From: Botryllus schlosseri
Taxonomy: Eukaryota
Assembly (NCBI GenBank): GCA_051294905.1
Contig: CM119378.1
Coordinates: 1,116,001-1,180,000, forward strand
Direction: 5' to 3'
Length of the DNA: 64,000 bases
In this document: piece after piece, positions 61,238-64,000 of the stretch
Layout: each line of letters begins with the position of its first letter
Numbering within the stretch: the first letter of the stretch is position 1
Notes under the pieces: model-generated
The model's input: only the letters and a program-made list of their open reading frames with translations
The model's database searches: none
Told to the model about the DNA's origin: nothing
Program-made: the position numbers and the translations under genes

Positions 61238-61319
61238 GGTAGCGTGGCCGAGCGGTCTAAGGCGCTGGTTTTAGGCACCAGTCATTTCGATGGCGTGGGT
61301 TCGAATCCCACCGCTGCCA
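61238..61319 (+). tRNA. tRNA-Leu (anticodon TAG)
   Basis: Same body as 60940-61021, with anticodon TAG and a compensatory G-C pair in the acceptor stem; TTTT terminator downstream. Confidence 0.95.
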
Positions 61320-61537
61320 GGGTTTTGCATGATAAGTTTTCATAGCTTGGATTTGACTTACAGAGAAAGAAGATTTTATTGTGAATGGTATTTTCCTTAG
61401 CAAATAAATTTCTGGATTCAGAAAATAAATGATATATTGAAGTCTTTGTGCACTATCGAACTTCGTTATTTTTGACGGTGACTTTCCTCGCACCCTCGAG
61501 GTTGAAGTCATTGTAACTATATACATCAGGTAAGTGC

Positions 61538-62542
61538 TAGGGATGGTGTGAACCTCTGAAAGGTTCAGGTTCGTGTGAACGCGAACCTTTTTGAAAGGTT
61601 CTGTGTGAACACGAACGTGAACCTCGTGACGTCACGTGACGTCATATTGCTAATTCTAACCCTGTCTTTCAATGAAGTGATAGCCTATATTAATGTACAG
61701 TACACGATACCTAGCGAAGACTCGGGCCCCATAATGTCACATTGCAGAAGTACATATTGGCGTTCTAAACGTCGCTAAATGTATCAACCCCGGTAATCAA
61801 ACGATATAATAATCGCATAAAATCAATACATTCCGTCGCTTTGCCAACAATTTCGACGAAGACTTACTAGGGAATATAAGCTTATGCCTTAACGGTCTTA
61901 GCCAGACCGGACAATGTGTTCGGACTTCGGAGTCTGAGTATTGCTACATTGATATTGCGCAGAGTATAAAACGGGTTTCTATACTCGCTACCGATACCGC
62001 AAACAACAAGTTATACAGCAGTAGCCATCACCTTAATCGCACGGATTCGGTTTTAATGATACAGTAAAGATATGAAGTCAAGATTGATCCCGTACGCCCG
62101 CTCGATTTTTACATCAGAAAACGATATCAATGTCATTGACTGGTTGCATAAGCACCATTCGCTGACTACGTATATCGCTCGTGATGTTGTGTGATTGCGG
62201 GTCAAGCTCACAGCAGAGAGTCACTAAATATTCACAAACGGAAAGCTGGATATTTCGAGAAAGTTTTTGTATAAAAAAAAAGCAAGTGAAACTTTGAAAG
62301 TTGTCAAGATGCATGCTCGTTTAGTGTTGATTTTTTATGCTACCAGCGCCATGCATAGAGTGACCTGCAGTTGAAATGCAATAAGTTTGAACCAGAGATC
62401 TTATAATGAAGTGCAAATTACAATTTACCAAAAAGGTTCACAGTGCAGAACCCACCAAGGTTCTGTTGTGAACGCGAACCTATAAATTTCCGAGGTTCAC
62501 ACACAGAACGCGAACGTGAACCTCACGTTCACACCATCCCTA
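61538..62542 (+). mobile_element. Non-autonomous hAT element with a decayed dimerisation-domain remnant
   Basis: Perfect 8-bp TSD GTAAGTGC; 16-bp TIR TAGGGATGGTGTGAAC; GTGAAC/GAACC subterminal repeats; NVIDWLHKH...IARDVV...IFTNGKLDIS remnant at ~62130-62260. Confidence 0.88.
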
Positions 62543-63018
62543 GTAAGTGCACTATACTTCTTTAAGTGGTTATGTATACTAGTTCTGTGTAACAGTTTTC
62601 AGTTTTTTTGGCAAAGCTAGTCCTAGAGTTATTACTAATATTTACTTACTTGGAAATCGCTACTTAACTTCTACTTGAGTAGAAATTTACGGCGTTACTT
62701 CTACTTCTGCTAGAATACAAATGATGGCTACTTTGACTACCTCGGCATATCGATCGTCAGAGCAGTGGTTCCCAATTTCTGATATGAAAATATTCCGCGA
62801 TTCCCACATCTCTGATAAGCCGATTACTAAAAAGTTGGTAAGCTCATCGCGAAAAATGCTAAGCACATTCTCGGCCCCCAGAAACGAAGCCGGTTGAAAA
62901 CCACTGCTGCACTAGACTACTAGAGCATGGAAGTGAAAAATGCGCTTATCCGCGTACCACTGGAAATTCATATCAAGAGATAGCAATGACACGATGCAAA
63001 AAAGCTACAGCGGACAGG

Positions 63019-63130
63019 CAGTGGCGTAAGAGCATGTGCTCCGCCCCCGGCTTTCGTTGAAAATGCCGTCGCTCGCAGCCTGCTGCCCCTGGCGCAGAGC
63101 CAGAACCGCCAAGTGGCTGTTACGCCACTG
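63019..63130. mobile_element. 112-bp hAT-type MITE
   Basis: TIR CAGTGGCGTAA / TTACGCCACTG; perfect 8-bp TSD CGGACAGG. Confidence 0.88.
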
Positions 63131-64000
63131 CGGACAGGGCCCAAGAGCAGGCCTATTCTATGGTCGATTGACACAGATATAATCATAATAAGTGGCGAGA
63201 TAGCGTAGTGGTATGTTCGACAGCTGCAACACTATACGGACACGGCTAGGCTACCTTAGGGTTGCCATACGTCCGGAATTTCCCGGACATGTCCGGAATT
63301 TCACTGCTAAAACTGCGTCCGGGAGGAATTTCTAAAATATGCCAAAATGTCCGGAATTTTGAAGGCTTGAAGTAAGCTCATAATTTTTTCGTAAATCAAC
63401 ATAAACAGTATTATTTTTGTGCAGATTTATGCTACATGAAAATTTTCTTCGCGCTGGACCCGATTTAGTATCACATATATTGGTTTTAATATGGGGACTA
63501 CCACCCTCGCACAAACTGCGATCAAAAATAAATAAATATATCATTCATTTACAAAAATAAATCTAATTGTAATCGCAATTACAAGATAGCGGTATACTCA
63601 TAGAGTCGGTTTAGGGTAGGCCGTTTGGATGCTTTGTTCAAATATAGTGGTTCTAAACCTGGGGGTAGTTGCCTTTATTCTGGGGTGCGCGAAGATGTTG
63701 AACATAATCAGCTTCCAAAATAGGGCGTGAGAAAGTCCGGGAAAATGTGCCGACCTTTAATTAGTAATCAGCTCATCAAATTTAGAGCTGGGCCACGGAA
63801 CATTTTCAAATTGGAAATGGAGTCGCGACCATTAAAGGTTGAAAACCACCGGATGTGCGGTGTTTATATAGCTCAGTGGTGCAGTGCGCACCGGCATTAG
63901 GCTGATAAACAGCCCTATCGATGTAACATGAACATGACTTAACGATATTCAATTACGCTCCTTGACCGCCCCTAGTCGATAAACAAAGCTTTTCTGGTGT

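Overview
Eukaryotic (invertebrate chordate-like, most plausibly an ascidian/tunicate; inferred, not proven) gene-dense genomic window. Minus-strand block (right to left): MRPS26, XAB2/SYF1, an orphan CUB-domain single-pass receptor with a PPxY tail, CLCN7, TMEM184C-like and a three-exon interleukin-17-family cytokine that the ORF track only shows in pieces. Plus-strand block: PUS3/TruA-like, MAP2K5, TTC1, an SLC35A transporter, PTPA, GTF3C6 and CRIPT. The right end holds the last exon of a minus-strand gene with a tyrosine-motif-rich tail, plus two tRNA-Leu genes. Many housekeeping genes have no coding introns, are co-oriented and have splice acceptors just before the ATG, which suggests operons resolved by SL trans-splicing. 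Non-coding space is full of nested DNA transposons (hAT-type MITEs with 8-bp TSDs), LINE 3' ends and a tRNA-derived SINE. The most notable hidden elements are (1) a 3-kb transposon with an 8-bp TSD, 42-bp subterminal arrays and a decayed spliced Zn-finger/Ulp1 SUMO-protease/PHD gene (Zisupton-like) inside the PUS3 intron, and (2) a dispersed repeat family whose consensus folds as a minimal type I hammerhead ribozyme (Penelope/retrozyme type), with a tandem-plus-inverted cluster at 47.2-47.6 kb. All gene and family calls come from manual reading and recalled homology; no searches were run.
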